A DNA stretch of 64,000 bases from an uncultured Acidimicrobiaceae bacterium (GCA_963767195.1 CAVYDA010000003.1:254276-318275); one strand, 5' to 3'; positions 47,501 to 57,172 are shown, counted from the stretch's first letter. Notes: generated by a model not told the origin, from the sequence alone. Program-made: numbers and translations.

Positions 47501-50052
47501 CTGGTGCGATGACCAAACACGTGACGGGGACGGCGGGCCACTTCGACAACTACCTGGGAACCGGCCGGGAGCTCATCCGCATCACCATCCCCGCGGCGGC
47601 TTTCACCAGCACCGGGGCTTGGACGATCACGCCACCGGGCAATTTCCTGGAGATGACCACGCCCACCGCCGTCGGCCTCTACAAGAACACCGACCAGATC
47701 TTCCTCTTCGGCTTGGCGCCTGAGGAGAGCAACCCGAACTGCAGCACACCGACGCAGCCCGGCGGCGGGACGAGCACCGCGACCTTCGAATCGGCCGACC
47801 CCGAGAACCTGGACGGGGACGGCAACGACAGCGAGGACTACTGCCAGAACCGCGCCCAACTCAACGTATTGGGAACGGGTGCCGCCTTCGACCTGAACAA
47901 GACCGTGCAGGGCAACCTCGACTCCGCGCCGAAGGGGGCGCTCGGCATCGGAGACGCTTCACCGGGCGGATCGGGGACCTACGGGCTCTCCTGGTCGAAC
48001 GTCGGGACCGACACGCTGGCGCAGCCCGTGATCTACGACATCCTGCCCTTCGTGGGCGACACCGGCGTGAGCCAAGCCCAGAGCACGCAGCCGCGTGACA
48101 GCCAGTTCCAGCCGGTCTTCGCCTCGGTCGGCCCGCTGCCGACGGGGGTCACGGTCGAGTACTCCCAGTCCACCAACCCCTGCCGCGACCAGGTCTTCCC
48201 CGACTCGGCCAACCCGACCTGCGTCAACGACTGGTCGTTGACCCCGCCCACCAACCTCTCTTCGGTGCGGGCGCTCGAGTTCCTCTCCTCGGCGACCTAC
48301 CCGGCGGCGAGCGGTTTCGCAGTGAGCGTGACGGTCGACGTGCCCCCGGGCATCGTCAACCAGGTGGCCTGGAACAGTGCGGCCACCAATGCCCTCGACG
48401 TCTCCAATCCCTCCGACGTGCCCCTTCCCGCCGAGCCGCCCAAGGTGGGTCTGACGGCGCCCAGCACGCCGACACTGGTCACCGTGACGTCGGCGCCGAC
48501 GACGACGTCGTTCTCCTCGTTGAGCGACCAGGTGAAGATCTCCGGGACCGGTGGTGACCCCGGAACCCTGGCGTGGAGCCTCCTCGGACCAGTGGCGCCC
48601 GTCGCCGGCTCGTGTGCGGCTGTCTCCTGGACGGGGGCGCCCACGGCTGCGTCGGGCACCGACGACGTCACGGCCGACGGCACCGTCACCACCGGACCGG
48701 TGTCCGTGAGCGCCGTGGGTTGCTACACCTGGACGGATACCCTGACGGCAACCGGGGGGTTCCCCTACACGGTGACCGTCCCCCCGGGTGACACGGGCGA
48801 GGTGACGCACGTCCAGCCGTTCGCGCCCAGCGTCAGGACCGTGGCGGCGATGAGCACAACTGGCGGCGCGGAGTCCGTCACCGACACCGACGTCATCAGC
48901 GGCTTCCCAGCCGGCGCGCCGGCGAACACGCTCACCTGGACCCTCTACGGACCGGTCACCCCCACCAGCACCGGGTCCTGTCCCACGACTTCGGCGCCGT
49001 ACCTCGCCCACGTGGACCGGTCCGGCACCCTCCCGGTGACCGCAGACGGAACTGAGACCACCCCGGCAACCACCCTCGGTGCTCCCGGCTGCTACAGCTT
49101 CGGCGCCGATCTCCCGGCTACGCCGACGAGCCAGGCGGCGGACCTGTCTCCGGGCACTACGGCGGAGACGGTGCAAGTGTTGAGCCCGTCCATCGTGACC
49201 AAGACTTCGGCCGCGACGCTCCCGGCCCTCAGCTCGGCCTCGGACCACATCACCCTGAGCGGCATCGGCTCGGGATCGGGCACCTTGACCTGGTCTCTTG
49301 TCGGCCCGGTGGCTGCTGGAGCCCAGGGGTGCAGCGGGCTCGACTGGAGCGGGGCCGCCACCGTCAAGACCGGCACCGTCTCGGTCAGCAACGGATCTCC
49401 GACCGACGTCACCGCCGGTCCGGTGCAGCTGACGGCGCTCGGCTGCTACAGCTGGGTCGCCACGCTCACCGGCGACTCGTTCCCCGGTGGAGTGACGAGC
49501 GTTGCCGGGACCGCGGGCGAGGTCACCCAGGTCGTGCCCTACACGCCGACGCTGGCCACCAAGGCGGCCGTCACCACGTCCTCCAGTGGCGTTCAAACAG
49601 TGCAGGACACCATCACGGTGGGCGGCATCCCGGCGGACGCACCCGCCGCCACCCTCTTCTGGGCCCTGTACGGTCCAGTGGCCCACTTGTCGAACGGAGC
49701 GTGCCCCACCAGTCCCGCCAGCTACCTGACGGCGACGAGCGCCGGCACAGGAACCGCGCAGATCGTGGCCGATCGCACGGTGACCACCCCGGCGGTGCAA
49801 CTCGTCGCCTCTGGGTGCTACAGCTACGGAGACAGCCTGACGGCGACCGCCCTCGGCTCGGCAGCCGTCGTGGACCCTGGTGAGCCGGCGGAGACGGTGA
49901 GTATCGCTTCCTCGCCGCCGGGGCCGCCGTTCGCCGTCACCGGAATGACGCCGGTGCTCTTCGTCGCCGGTGTCCTGCTCGTCGCGGGAGGCGGGGCCAT
50001 GGCCATCCTCGGGCGCCGGCGCGGACGGCACCGGCGCCGACCGGCCCGGTAA
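44587..50052 (+). CDS. giant (about 1820-codon) secreted cell-surface protein: signal peptide, duplicated N-terminal module, DUF11-like beta-sandwich repeats, four Cys-pair Ig-like repeats, LPXTG-like FAVTG sorting signal; six apparent +1 frameshifts in the first 1.6 kb
   Basis: AAGGGA precedes the ATG at 44587. Signal peptide RVIAPVAGATLLFLSVLGTLVAPAVAA. Segments read continuously across frames 1-2-0-1-2-0-1, with shifts near 44955, 45540, 45665, 45940, 46100 and 46150. An intact 1307-aa ORF runs from 46129. The DUF11-type pattern is LSLDKTVANGGSVFLAGDDISYDITA...LVDQLPPGMTFVSASDGG...TITWTF. The C-terminus is PPFAVTG + hydrophobic helix + RRRGRHRRRPAR. Confidence 0.8.
48460..49915 (+). repeat. 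four tandem modules of about 120 codons in (A-B)2 order inside the surface-protein gene
   Basis: Each module carries D-x-[IV]-x-[IV/L]-SG...TL-x-W-x-L-x-GPV...C...GCY[ST][WFY]. Example pairs: TLAWSLLGPV..GSC..VGCYTW, TLTWTLYGPV..GSC..PGCYSF, TLTWSLVGPV..QGC..LGCYSW, TLFWALYGPV..GAC..SGCYSY. Confidence 0.75.
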
Positions 50053-50255
50053 GCCGGCGAGGGGAGTCAGACGCTCCGCATCCGCCTTGGAGCGTTCCCC
50101 GATGCCCGCGGGCGGCCACAGTGCACGCTGGCGAGAGTCATCCATTTGCCGCAGCGCGCACGCCTGTTCGCGCCGGGGTCGAGCCGATCGGCGTTCGTTG
50201 GGCGAGTCTTCCCACGCGGTTCGCGGGATGAGAGAATGAGCAACCCTTAGCGACT

Positions 50256-50648
50256 GTGGAGGGTGAGATGTTCGACCTGGTCATCGATATCGAGAACAGT
50301 CCGGGCTCGCTGGCCAATGTCGCGGCCGCCATAAGCGACGCCGGCGTCAACATCGCCTCGGCAACTTGTCTCGGATCGGGTGGGCGGGCCGAGCTCCACA
50401 TCCTCGTGCCCCATCCCGAGGCCGCCAAGCACGCGCTGGCGATCTCCTCCCAAGCGGTCACGAGGGAGCGCGAAGTCATCGTGGTCGACGTCGAGGACCA
50501 TCCAGGTGTGCTGGCCGACCTCACCCGCCGGATCGCCAAGGCCGGCGTCGACCTCGACCTTATCTACGTCGCCACTCAGAACCGCGTGGTCTTCGGGGCG
50601 TCCGACCTCGCCGCGCTGAGGGCGGCGTTGGGAGAAGAAAGTGGCTGA
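50256..50648 (+). CDS. ACT-domain protein (two ACT-like halves)
   Basis: MFDLVIDIENSPGSLANVAAAISDAGVNI and VIVVDVEDHPGVLADLTRRIAKAGVDL are two ACT-type beta-alpha-beta openings. The ATG at 50268 is the likely start. Confidence 0.7.
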   Translation: MEGEMFDLVIDIENSPGSLANVAAAISDAGVNIASATCLGSGGRAELHILVPHPEAAKHALAISSQAVTREREVIVVDVEDHPGVLADLTRRIAKAGVDLDLIYVATQNRVVFGASDLAALRAALGEESG

Positions 50649-50665
50649 GCTGCAGGGGGACAGGA

Positions 50666-50686
50666 GGGACATGGGACATGGGACAC
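50666..50686. repeat. short heptanucleotide repeat (GGGACAT x2 + GGGACAC)
   Basis: gggacatgggacatgggacac lies in the 80-nt spacer after the ACT gene. Confidence 0.8.
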
Positions 50687-50729
50687 AGGCAGGTGTTTTC
50701 GCAGCGGCCGAGCGATAGCGTCTGACGAC

Positions 50730-51281
50730 GTGACCGAAACCGACACCGCCGCGGCAGCCTCCGACCCGTCAGAGAGCGGGGAATCGACACTGCCACCGAT
50801 CTTCTCGGACGAGGACGTAATCGAGAAGCTCTGGGTCCAGGCCTATCAGGGCGAGGTCCTGGGCGAACTCCTCTTCGAACGGCTGGCCACCATCATGGAC
50901 AACCGGTCCGAGACGGAGCACGCCGGCGACATGCGGGTGCTCGCCACCCTCGAGCGGCGCACCAAGGAGGCGGTTGCTCCCGCGCTCATCCGAGCGGGCA
51001 TCTCGACGGAACCCGAGCAGGAGCAGCTGGACCTCGCCGCTGCGCTCGCCGAAGGCTCGGCCGAGACGTCATGGGAAGACCTCATGTCGGCGACTGTGGC
51101 GATCACCGGCCAGTTCCTCCCGCTATACGAGCGCATCGGTGAGCTGAACCCCTCCGAGGACGACGTCGCCAAGCTGCTCGTCGCCCACGAGGAGGCGCTG
51201 CGCGATTTCGCCCGGGCCGAGCTGGCGGGCCGCACGTCGTCGTCCCTCGATCCGGTCCGCGCCTTGCCGCACATGGCCTGA
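50730..51281 (+). CDS. hypothetical acidic all-helical protein (no family recognised)
   Basis: 183-aa ORF with coding-like composition and heptad-like helical segments (KLWVQAYQGEVLGELLFERLA; MRVLATLERRTKEAV; LLVAHEEALRDFARAEL). Confidence 0.55.
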   Translation: MTETDTAAAASDPSESGESTLPPIFSDEDVIEKLWVQAYQGEVLGELLFERLATIMDNRSETEHAGDMRVLATLERRTKEAVAPALIRAGISTEPEQEQLDLAAALAEGSAETSWEDLMSATVAITGQFLPLYERIGELNPSEDDVAKLLVAHEEALRDFARAELAGRTSSSLDPVRALPHMA

Positions 51282-51380
51282 CCCCAAGGACGGCGTCGGG
51301 TACGGACCGCCGGCGGCCGGCGGGGAAAGCCCGGGGGACGGGAAAGCTCGGGGACGGGCAGTAAGGACGAGAACGTCGAC

Positions 51381-52080
51381 ATGACCGATTTCGCCCGCTT
51401 CGACCGCCGCCACTACGAGACGCTCCCCGTGCGTTCGGGCTACGCCGCCTGGGCCTCCACCTACGACGACACCGTCGACGACGTCATGGACACGGAGCTG
51501 CTCAATCGCATGGAGTCGGTGCGCTGGCCGGCGGTGACCCGGGCGGAGGACCTCGGCTGCGGCAGCGGGTGCACCGCCGAATGGCTCCGCACGAAAGGGG
51601 AGTTCCCGATCGACGGCGTCGACCTGACCCCCGAGATGCTCGATCTCGCCCGGCTTCGCGGCCTGCACGACCGCCTCGTCGAAGGCGACGCGCGTGTCGC
51701 AGAGGCTCGATCGGGGTGCCTACGACCTCGTCGTCTGCGTCCTGGTCGACGAACACCTCCCCGACCTGCGCCCACTCTACGCCGAGGCACGCCGGCTGCT
51801 CAGGCCGGCCGGTGCGTTCGTGCTCGTCGGAGTGCACCCCTTCTTCCTCATGGCGGTCGGCATGCCGACGCATTTCGAGGGGCCCGAAGGTCGCCCTGTC
51901 GCCGTCGAGACCCACCTGCACCTCCCGGGCGAGCACGTCGCGGCCGCCTCGGCAGCCGGGCTGTTCGCCGCCGAGCTTCACGAGACCCTGGTCGGGGACC
52001 GGCTGATCGAGCTGAAGCCCAGTTGGGAGGCGTACCGGGATTGGCCGTTCACCTATGCCTGGATGTGGTCGGTGCCCTGA
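51381..52080 (+). CDS. class I SAM-dependent methyltransferase (one apparent frameshift near 51690)
   Basis: Motif I AEDLGCGSGCTAEWL and GVDLTPEML in ORF 51381... YDLVVCVLVDEHLPDLRPLYAEARRLLRPAGAFVLVGVHP lies in ORF 51694..52080. Confidence 0.75.
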
Positions 52081-52132
52081 TACCCGCTTGGAACCCGGGC
52101 ACCCCGCCCCCCTACCATGGTGGGCCAAGGCC

Positions 52133-52855
52133 ATGGCCCCCGTCGTCCAATTCCGCGCCGCGGTCGCTCTCGCGGGCCGCTTTCCCGCCCTCGCCGGGGT
52201 GGACCTCACTCTCCACACCGGCGAGGTGGTCGTCGTGGTCGGCCCGAACGGTGCGGGCAAGACCAGCCTGCTGCGCGCCTGCGCCGGTCTCCTGCCCGTC
52301 ACCTCAGGTGAAGCCGCGGTGCTCGGGATCGACCTCGCCGCGGACCACACCGCCGTGCGCCGTCACGTCGGCCTGCTCGGCCACGCCGCCCCGCTCTACG
52401 ACGAACTCAGCGCGGCGGAGAACGTCCGCTTCGCCGTGCGCGCCCTCGGCCTGCGGTCCTCGGTCGCCGACGAGGCGCTCGAGCGGCTCGGCCTGACCGG
52501 ACGCCTGCGCTCGACCCCGGCCGGCCGGCTCTCCGCCGGGCAGCGACGCCGCGTGGCGCTGGCGGCGCTGGTGGCCCGGCGCCCCGCCCTCTGGCTGCTC
52601 GACGAGCCGCACGCCGGGCTCGACGCCACGGCGCGCGCGCTGCTGGCGCGGCTGGTCGCCGAGGCCGTGGCCGACGGCGCAACGGTGCTGCTCTCCTCGC
52701 ACGAGCCGCAGCTCTCGGTGCCCATGGCTGACCGCGTCGTGTCCATGGCAGGCGGCAGGGTCGTGGGCGAGGAGCCGGGAGGCCGGCGCACCCCGCTGGC
52801 CGCGGTCCCGTCAACCGGGCGCGGTCTGAATACGGGGGCCTCGCATGTGGCATGA
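52133..52855 (+). CDS. ccmA: heme exporter ATP-binding protein CcmA
   Basis: Walker A GPNGAGKTS, signature LSAGQRRR, Walker B LWLLDEPHAGLD. It is the first gene of the coupled ccm run. Confidence 0.8.
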   Translation: MAPVVQFRAAVALAGRFPALAGVDLTLHTGEVVVVVGPNGAGKTSLLRACAGLLPVTSGEAAVLGIDLAADHTAVRRHVGLLGHAAPLYDELSAAENVRFAVRALGLRSSVADEALERLGLTGRLRSTPAGRLSAGQRRRVALAALVARRPALWLLDEPHAGLDATARALLARLVAEAVADGATVLLSSHEPQLSVPMADRVVSMAGGRVVGEEPGGRRTPLAAVPSTGRGLNTGASHVA

Positions 52856-53513
52856 CGCCGTCCTCGTCGCCGGCAAGGACCTGCGCATCGAGGCCCGCTC
52901 GCGCGTCGGCCTCTGGCAGGTCGTCCCGTTCGCCTTGCTGGTGCTCGTCCTCCTCGCCTTCGCCATCGGGCCCGACCGAGCGGCGCTGCACCATGCCGCG
53001 CCCGGCATCTTCTGGGTCGCGCTCTTGTTCTCCACCGTGCTGGCCGTCCAGCGCAGCGTCGCCGTCGAGTCGGGGGAGGGCACGCGCGACGGGCTGCGCC
53101 TCTCGGGCATCGACCCGGCGGGGATCTTCCTGGGCAAGGCGGCAGCCGTAGGCCTCCAGCTTCTCGTGCTCCAGCTCGTCCTGTGGGCCGGCGTGGCCCT
53201 CCTCTTCGATGTCCGGGTACAGGTGGTCTGGCTCGCCGCGCTGTCCTGCCTCGTCGCCACGGTCGGGCTGGCCGCGGCCGGCGTGCTCTACGGCGCCTTG
53301 TCGGCGGGCCTGCGGGTGCGCGACACGCTGTTGCCGCTGCTCGTGCTGCCCGTACTCGCGCCGGTGCTCCTCGCCGGCTCCAAGGTCTGGGTGGCGGCGC
53401 TGAGCGGAAGCGTCTCGTCGGGGACGCAATGGCTCAAGATCCTCGTCCCGTTCTCGGTCATCTACCTCGTGCTCGGGGTGGTCCTCTACGGTCCGCTCCA
53501 AGAGGCCGCGTGA
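52845..53513 (+). CDS. ccmB: heme exporter membrane protein CcmB
   Basis: 222-aa six-helix protein (VAGKDLRIEARSR..., FWVALLFSTVLAVQRS, GLRLSGIDPAGIFLGK). The start overlaps the ccmA end by 11 nt. Confidence 0.8.
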   Translation: MWHDAVLVAGKDLRIEARSRVGLWQVVPFALLVLVLLAFAIGPDRAALHHAAPGIFWVALLFSTVLAVQRSVAVESGEGTRDGLRLSGIDPAGIFLGKAAAVGLQLLVLQLVLWAGVALLFDVRVQVVWLAALSCLVATVGLAAAGVLYGALSAGLRVRDTLLPLLVLPVLAPVLLAGSKVWVAALSGSVSSGTQWLKILVPFSVIYLVLGVVLYGPLQEAA

Positions 53514-54343
53514 TGCCGGGCCCGGGACACCTGGCGAGCGCTGCACCCGAACGCGTGAGGCCGCGCTGGCTCCTGGTCGTCGGCGCGCTCGCCGTGCTCG
53601 CCCTCGGCGCCACCGTGTGGCTCGGGCTCTGGGTCACCCCGCCCGACGCCGTCCAGGGCAACCTGGCCCGCCTGCTCTACGTGCACCCGGCGGTGGCCAC
53701 CGTCGCCTTGTACTGGGCGGGGGGAGTGGCGCTCGCCGGCAGCCTGCTCTACCTGTGGCCGCGCACCCGATCGTTCTTCTGGGACCGCCTGGCCGCGTCG
53801 GCCGTGGAGGTGGGCGCGGTGTTCTCCGCCCTCACGCTGATCACCGGCTCTCTTTGGGGTCGGCCCGTCTGGGGTGTGTGGTGGACCTGGGACGCCCGCC
53901 TGACGTCGACCGCGCTCCTGCTGCTGCTCGAGCTCGGGTACCTGGCGCTGCGGCGGGTGCCGTCGGAGCCTCACATCCGGGCCCGGCGCTGTGCCGTCGC
54001 GGCCATCCTCATCGCCGTCGACGTGCCCCTTGTCCACTTCTCCGTGGACTGGTGGCAGACCTTGCATCAGGGCGGCACCATCCTCGACCCCGGGTTCGAG
54101 CTCCACGTCCACGGCTCCATGCTCTGGACCCTGCTGCTGAGCTTCGTCGCGTTCTCCCTCGCGTTCGTCTGGCTGCTCGCCGTTCGCTACCGGGTCGAGG
54201 TGCTCCAGGACGCAGTGGGAGACGAGGAGCTCGAGGTGTCGCTCGCCGAGCGCTGGAGCGAGAACGACGACCGGGTCGACCCCGAGCTGGTCGGTGCCGT
54301 TGCCGCCCCGCCGCCGGGCCCGGACGGCGGGGGTGTCGCGTGA
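53513..54343 (+). CDS. ccmC: heme exporter protein CcmC
   Basis: Trp-rich WWD motif WGRPVWGVWWTWDARL and conserved-His contexts (YVHPAVA, VHFSVDWWQTLHQG). The ATG overlaps the ccmB TGA. Confidence 0.88.
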   Translation: MPGPGHLASAAPERVRPRWLLVVGALAVLALGATVWLGLWVTPPDAVQGNLARLLYVHPAVATVALYWAGGVALAGSLLYLWPRTRSFFWDRLAASAVEVGAVFSALTLITGSLWGRPVWGVWWTWDARLTSTALLLLLELGYLALRRVPSEPHIRARRCAVAAILIAVDVPLVHFSVDWWQTLHQGGTILDPGFELHVHGSMLWTLLLSFVAFSLAFVWLLAVRYRVEVLQDAVGDEELEVSLAERWSENDDRVDPELVGAVAAPPPGPDGGGVA

Positions 54344-54510
54344 GCTACGTCGACGCCGGATACGCCGTCGCGCTGGGCGGACTGTTCGCATACTCGCTGT
54401 ACCTCGTCGGGCGCCGGCGCCGGCTCGAGCGCGCCCTGCGGCGCTCGGAGCTGCCGCTGCGTGAACACGACGGAGCCGTGGCAGACCCCCCGCGCGGCGG
54501 ACGGTCGTGA
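54340..54510 (+). CDS. ccmD: CcmD-like small membrane protein
   Basis: 56 codons with a single helix followed by basic residues (VSYVDAGYAVALGGLFAYSLYLVGRRRR). There are GTGA overlaps at both ends. The call rests mainly on its position between ccmC and ccmE. Confidence 0.6.
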   Translation: MSYVDAGYAVALGGLFAYSLYLVGRRRRLERALRRSELPLREHDGAVADPPRGGRS

Positions 54511-55022
54511 CCGAGATCGCCACCGACGCCAGCTCGCCCCCCACGCCGCCGAACTCCGAGCACGCCGCGGGGCCCGTGCTGCCGACGCCGCGCCGGCGCC
54601 GGGTCAGCCGGCGGTTGCTCGTCGTCTTCGCCCTGCTCGCGGGGGCCCTCGTGTTCCTGCTCGTCGAGGGGCTGGGGAGCTCGCTCGACTACTTCGACAC
54701 GGTCAACCAGGCGCTCGCCCACCGCCAGCAGCTCGGCACGACGACCTTCCGGCTCGAGGGGGTGGTGATCCCGGGCTCCATCCGCGCCACCGCGAACGGT
54801 GCTGACTTCGCGCTGTGCCAGGGCACCAACACCGTCCACGTCGCCAACACCGGTAGCCCGCCGCAGCTCTTCCAGTCCCGCATCCCCGTCGTCGTCGTCG
54901 GCCACTTCGCGTCCGAAACCTCGGCGAACTTCGTCTCCGACACCATCATGGTCAAGCACTCCGCCACGTACACCGCGCAGCACCCCGGTCGGGTCAAGCC
55001 GGCCTCCGGCGCGGCCTGCTGA
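54507..55022 (+). CDS. ccmE: cytochrome c-type biogenesis heme chaperone CcmE
   Basis: TM anchor RRLLVVFALLAGALVFLLV, OB-fold region FRLEGVV, VVVVGHF, and the heme-binding His motif VKHSATY (HxxxY). Confidence 0.85.
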   Translation: MTEIATDASSPPTPPNSEHAAGPVLPTPRRRRVSRRLLVVFALLAGALVFLLVEGLGSSLDYFDTVNQALAHRQQLGTTTFRLEGVVIPGSIRATANGADFALCQGTNTVHVANTGSPPQLFQSRIPVVVVGHFASETSANFVSDTIMVKHSATYTAQHPGRVKPASGAAC

Positions 55023-57172
55023 TGATCGACGCGAACGTCGGGACGGTCGGCGTCTGGCTGGCCTTCGGCGCCAGCGTCGCCGGGGTGGTCGTGATCGCGT
55101 TCGGCCTGGCGACCGGCCGGCGGGCGGTGCCCGGCACCGTCGCCCGCTCCTCGGGCGACGGCCGCATGCTCGCTCCCGTCCTCCTGGCCGGCGCGCTCTT
55201 GGCGACGTTCGCCATGGAGCACGCACTCGTCACGCACGATTTCTCGCTGGCCTTCGTGGCCGAGAACAACAGCCGAGCCACGCCGTTCCTCTACTCGGTG
55301 ACCGGACTGTGGTCGGCCCTGGCCGGCTCCATCTTGTTGTGGGGACTGTTCCTCTCCCTCTTCACCGGCGCGTTCGTCTGGCGCTACCGCCGCGTCGGGA
55401 GCGACCCGGTGATCCGCTGGGCCACCCTCGTCCTCTACGCCGTCAGCGCGTTTTTCTTCGGGCTCATGCTCGGTCCCGCCAACCCCTTCGTCACCGTGAC
55501 CGGGGTCACCTCCGGGCTCGGGCCGAACTCGTTGCTCCAGGACAATCCGCTCGTGGCCGTCCACCCTCCTCTCCTCTACGCCGGTTTCGTGGGCTTCACC
55601 GTGCCCTTCGCGTTCGCCGTGGGCATGCTCGCCACGGGACGCGTCGGGGAGCGCTGGCAGGTGGAGTGCCGGCGCTGGACTCTGGTCGCCTTCACGCTGC
55701 TCTCGGTGGGGATCGTGCTCGGGGCCTGGTGGTCCTACCAGGTACTCGGGTGGGGTGGCTTCTGGGGCTGGGACCCCGTCGAGAACGCCGCGCTCCTCCC
55801 GTGGCTCTGCGGGACGGCGTACCTGCACTCGGTTCTGGTCCAAGAGCGGCGCGGGCTCATGCGGGTGTGGAACCTTTCGCTCTCCATCGCCACCTTCTCG
55901 CTGACCATTCTCGGGACGTTCCTCACCCGCTCGGGTGTGATCGCGTCGGTGCACTCGTTCTCGGAGTCCTCGCTCGGCCCCCTCCTCATCGGATTCTTCT
56001 TCGCCGTGATCGTCGTCGGCTTCGGCCTGATCGCCTGGCGCGGTGACCGCTTGCGCTCGCCCGGCGGCATCGACGCACCGCTCGGGCGGGAGGGCGCCTT
56101 CCTCCTCAACAACGTGCTGTTCGTCGGCTTTGCCCTGGTGGTCCTGCTCGGAACCGTCTACCCGCTGCTCTACGAGGCGATCACCCAACAGCAGGTGACC
56201 GTCGGCGCACCCTTCTTCAACACGGTCGCCGTCCCGGCCGGACTCACCCTCCTCTTCTTGATGGCGGTGGCCCCCGTGCTCTCCTGGCGCAAGATGAGCG
56301 GGGCCGCGCTGTGGCAGCGCCTGGCCGTCCCGGCCTGGGTCGGGGTGCTCACGGTCGTCGTGTGTGTCGCGTGGGGTCTGCGCGGGACCGGCGCTCTCGT
56401 CGGCTTCGGCCTCGGCGCCATGGCCGCGGCCACCGCGGGACGCGCCCTGGTCCTGTCCGTGCGCGCGGCGCGCACCCGCCACGTCGGGTGGTGGCGCGGC
56501 CTGGTGGGCCGCGCCAACGGCGGCATGGTGGTGCACCTCGGGGTGGTCCTGCTGGCGGTCGGGATCATCGCGGCCACCTCGTACCGGCATGAGACCGAGT
56601 TGGCGCTGCACCGCGGCGTGCCGGTGACCTACGACGGGCACCGCTTCGTTTTCGAGGGGCTGCGCACCGTGCACTCGCCGTCCCGCTCGGCCCAACAGGC
56701 GCTGGTGAGAGTCGACGGCTCCGTGTTCGCCCCCGCCGTCACGAGCTTCGGCGGCAACCTGGCGGTCGTCGGCACGCCGGCCATCGACTCCGGCGTGTTC
56801 GGCGACGTCTACTTGACGTTCGACGCCGTCGGCGGCCTCGGCGCGTCGTCGGGCAACCTGGCCATCAACAACCTCCCCTCGGGATCGGTGGCCATCGGGG
56901 TGGTCATTGAGCCACTCGTCGCCTGGTTGTGGGCGGGCGGTGTCCTGGTGGGTCTCGGCGGACTGCTCGCATTGGTTCCGGGGTCGAGGCGCCGGGCCAC
57001 CGATCCCGCGTCGGCCACGCCGGGGCTCGTCACGAACTCAACCGGGCGCCCGTCGGTCCCCGACGCCGACGCGGCAGCGGAGGACGAGAAAGAGCACGAG
57101 CCCGAGAAAGAGCACGAGCCCGAGAAAGAGCCTGTCGGCGTCCTGTCTGCCCGCCGGGTGCGCCCGGTATGA
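55022..57172 (+). CDS. ccmF: cytochrome c heme lyase subunit CcmF
   Basis: 716-aa polytopic protein with the WWD motif WGGFWGWDPVENAALLPWL. The acidic C-terminal tail contains an 18-nt repeat (57086-57132) encoding EKEHEP units. Confidence 0.9.
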   Translation: MIDANVGTVGVWLAFGASVAGVVVIAFGLATGRRAVPGTVARSSGDGRMLAPVLLAGALLATFAMEHALVTHDFSLAFVAENNSRATPFLYSVTGLWSALAGSILLWGLFLSLFTGAFVWRYRRVGSDPVIRWATLVLYAVSAFFFGLMLGPANPFVTVTGVTSGLGPNSLLQDNPLVAVHPPLLYAGFVGFTVPFAFAVGMLATGRVGERWQVECRRWTLVAFTLLSVGIVLGAWWSYQVLGWGGFWGWDPVENAALLPWLCGTAYLHSVLVQERRGLMRVWNLSLSIATFSLTILGTFLTRSGVIASVHSFSESSLGPLLIGFFFAVIVVGFGLIAWRGDRLRSPGGIDAPLGREGAFLLNNVLFVGFALVVLLGTVYPLLYEAITQQQVTVGAPFFNTVAVPAGLTLLFLMAVAPVLSWRKMSGAALWQRLAVPAWVGVLTVVVCVAWGLRGTGALVGFGLGAMAAATAGRALVLSVRAARTRHVGWWRGLVGRANGGMVVHLGVVLLAVGIIAATSYRHETELALHRGVPVTYDGHRFVFEGLRTVHSPSRSAQQALVRVDGSVFAPAVTSFGGNLAVVGTPAIDSGVFGDVYLTFDAVGGLGASSGNLAINNLPSGSVAIGVVIEPLVAWLWAGGVLVGLGGLLALVPGSRRRATDPASATPGLVTNSTGRPSVPDADAAAEDEKEHEPEKEHEPEKEPVGVLSARRVRPV

